64,000 nucleotides of DNA from Prorocentrum cordatum (taxonomy: Eukaryota). Positions 62,686-64,000 of the stretch are shown here, in pieces. Position 1 is the stretch's first letter, and each line of letters starts with the position of its first letter. The stretch lies in NCBI GenBank assembly GCA_963575745.1, contig CAUYUJ010000001.1, positions 2,914,001-2,978,000 of the forward strand, read 5' to 3'. A model generated the notes under the pieces. That model was not told where the DNA came from, ran no database searches, and was given only the letters and a program-made list of their open reading frames with translations. A program made the position numbers and the translations under genes.

Positions 62686-63732
62686 TCAAAGATGCCCTGG
62701 AGCTGGTGGCGCCGCCGTCGGTACTGTTCCCGTTGAAGGCGCAGCTCCTGGCGAGAGCACCCGAACCTTCTTGAACTTGGCGGCCACCAGCGTTTGCACG
62801 ATAACCCGTTTATCGCTTCGGTGCTGCTCCCAGAAACTTTCAGCCTCTGCGGTGGACACGAAAGCATCATCCATTTGAGCATCACCAGAACCATCATCCG
62901 CAGCTTCAGTACGCGGCTCCTGCTTCGTCCTGGACTGGGAGTAGAGCTGCGTGAACTGCTTGAACGCGTCCGTCTGGATGAGCGTTTTGACTTCGTCTTC
63001 GCCTTCCAGCAGATGGTCAGGAATAGTGAAATCAAAATCGCCACCACCAGCGACCAGAGGAGACTGCTTGAGCTGGCCCCTGATATCGTCGATCTCGGCC
63101 TTGAGCACGATCTGCTTCGCCTGAAGCTCGTCCCTCTTGGCCGTAGCATCCTTGATCGCCTTCTCTTGCTCCTCGGCTTCCTCGACTGCCTTTCTGAGTT
63201 GACTCTCCTTGCGCGCCAGCTTGTGACCCAAGTTGATGTGCTGCGTAACGTCACTCTTCTGGCCTTCGATCTGCTTGCGCCCATCACGGAGTTGGGCCTC
63301 AAGAGACTTGCGGGCTTCATCCATGTACTCACTCTTGCATGCTTTGATCGCCGTTTCCAACTCGTTGGCCTTGGCGACCAAGGCATCAGGTTTCTCATCT
63401 TTATCATCAGCGCCACTTCCCCTCCCACCACCGTGACCGTTGGACGGGACGTCCTTGGTGGGCGGGGTTTGCTTGGTGAGCTGATCCAACTGCTTCTGCA
63501 TGGCGGCAAGCGCCTTGGCGAGTCCGACATCCTTGGGCTGCCCACGCGGAGCACCACCGCCACCACGAGCAGGAGGGTTGCCACCACCAAACGACTTGGC
63601 GCGCTGAAGGACGTGTGCTGGTGCCGCTTCGCCGCAGCGGCACTTGAGGCGACACGCCCAGTTACTCGTTCTTCCACAGGACTGACATCCCCAGAGAGGA
63701 AGTTTCGGTCCTTTGACCATGTCATTGTTCAT
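62686..63732 (-). CDS. LINE ORF1 protein: N-terminal RanBP2-like Zn finger and coiled coil
   Basis: 348 aa; WGCQSCGRTSNWACRLKCRCG followed by Lys/Glu/Gln/Ala-rich helical region. Confidence 0.85.
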   Translation of the reverse strand: MNNDMVKGPKLPLWGCQSCGRTSNWACRLKCRCGEAAPAHVLQRAKSFGGGNPPARGGGGAPRGQPKDVGLAKALAAMQKQLDQLTKQTPPTKDVPSNGHGGGRGSGADDKDEKPDALVAKANELETAIKACKSEYMDEARKSLEAQLRDGRKQIEGQKSDVTQHINLGHKLARKESQLRKAVEEAEEQEKAIKDATAKRDELQAKQIVLKAEIDDIRGQLKQSPLVAGGGDFDFTIPDHLLEGEDEVKTLIQTDAFKQFTQLYSQSRTKQEPRTEAADDGSGDAQMDDAFVSTAEAESFWEQHRSDKRVIVQTLVAAKFKKVRVLSPGAAPSTGTVPTAAPPAPGHL

Positions 63733-63838
63733 CGGTGCTCCTCCAGGAGCTCACTGGAAGAGAATCACTGTCGTACCGAGCCAAAAAGACTCGCACCAGC
63801 TGCTGCCGCTCTGAAGAAAGCTGGTGCAAGCCCAAAAA

Positions 63839-63860
63839 CTTGGGCCAGAACGGCTGAGGA
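63839..63860 (-). other. DinoSL-like 22-mer at the 5' terminus of the LINE
   Basis: TCCTCAGCCGTTCTGGCCCAAG vs TCCGTAGCCATTTTGGCTCAAG: 17/22 ungapped, exactly at the junction with (TCC)n. Confidence 0.65.
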
Positions 63861-64000
63861 GGAGGAGGAGGAGGAGGAGGAGGAGGAGGAGAGAGGAGCA
63901 CCCCATCGTTCCCAATCACACTCCCTTGTCCTCCACACCCTCTCTCCTCGACCCCGTCCGCTCGCGGCGGGATGACCGGCGGCGCCTGCAGCAGCGGGTC

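Larger units (their letters stand above)
57644..63860 (-). mobile_element. Near full-length non-LTR retrotransposon (ORF1 + APE-RT-RNase H), ~6.2 kb
   Basis: Two-ORF layout, all domains in canonical order, short UTRs, (TCC)n on both sides of the element strand. Confidence 0.93.

Noticed and set aside
62794..63975. 393-aa plus-strand ORF
   Set aside because: Antisense shadow of the GC3-rich LINE ORF1
1..64000. rRNA, tRNA or SL RNA genes
   Set aside because: No conserved rRNA or tRNA signatures seen; the SL matches are degenerate and sit directly upstream of ORFs, as expected for relics rather than SL RNA genes

Overview
GC-rich, repeat-saturated eukaryotic DNA with dinoflagellate hallmarks: relics of the 22-nt dinoflagellate spliced leader (DinoSL), GA/GC splice donors and very short exons in long introns. 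Main contents: (1) a minus-strand host gene for a 37-38-aa helical-repeat (OPR/HPR-like) protein, invisible in the ORF track, reconstructed from short exons between about 47.5 and 30.7 kb; (2) an intronless 519-aa secreted LamG-like/Pro-Thr stalk/GDPH gene with a DinoSL relic 71 nt upstream of its ATG, i.e. a retrogene; (3) a near-intact ~6.2-kb non-LTR retrotransposon (Zn-finger ORF1; APE endonuclease-RT-RNase H) that begins with a DinoSL-like 22-mer and has (TCC)n on both sides; (4) four more decayed LINEs; (5) an unclassified element with a broken Cys-rich ORF; (6) several satellites, dispersed repeats and many microsatellites. No rRNA, tRNA or CRISPR array was seen. Most ORF-track entries are artefacts of high GC and low complexity. 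All motif calls are by eye; no database search was run.
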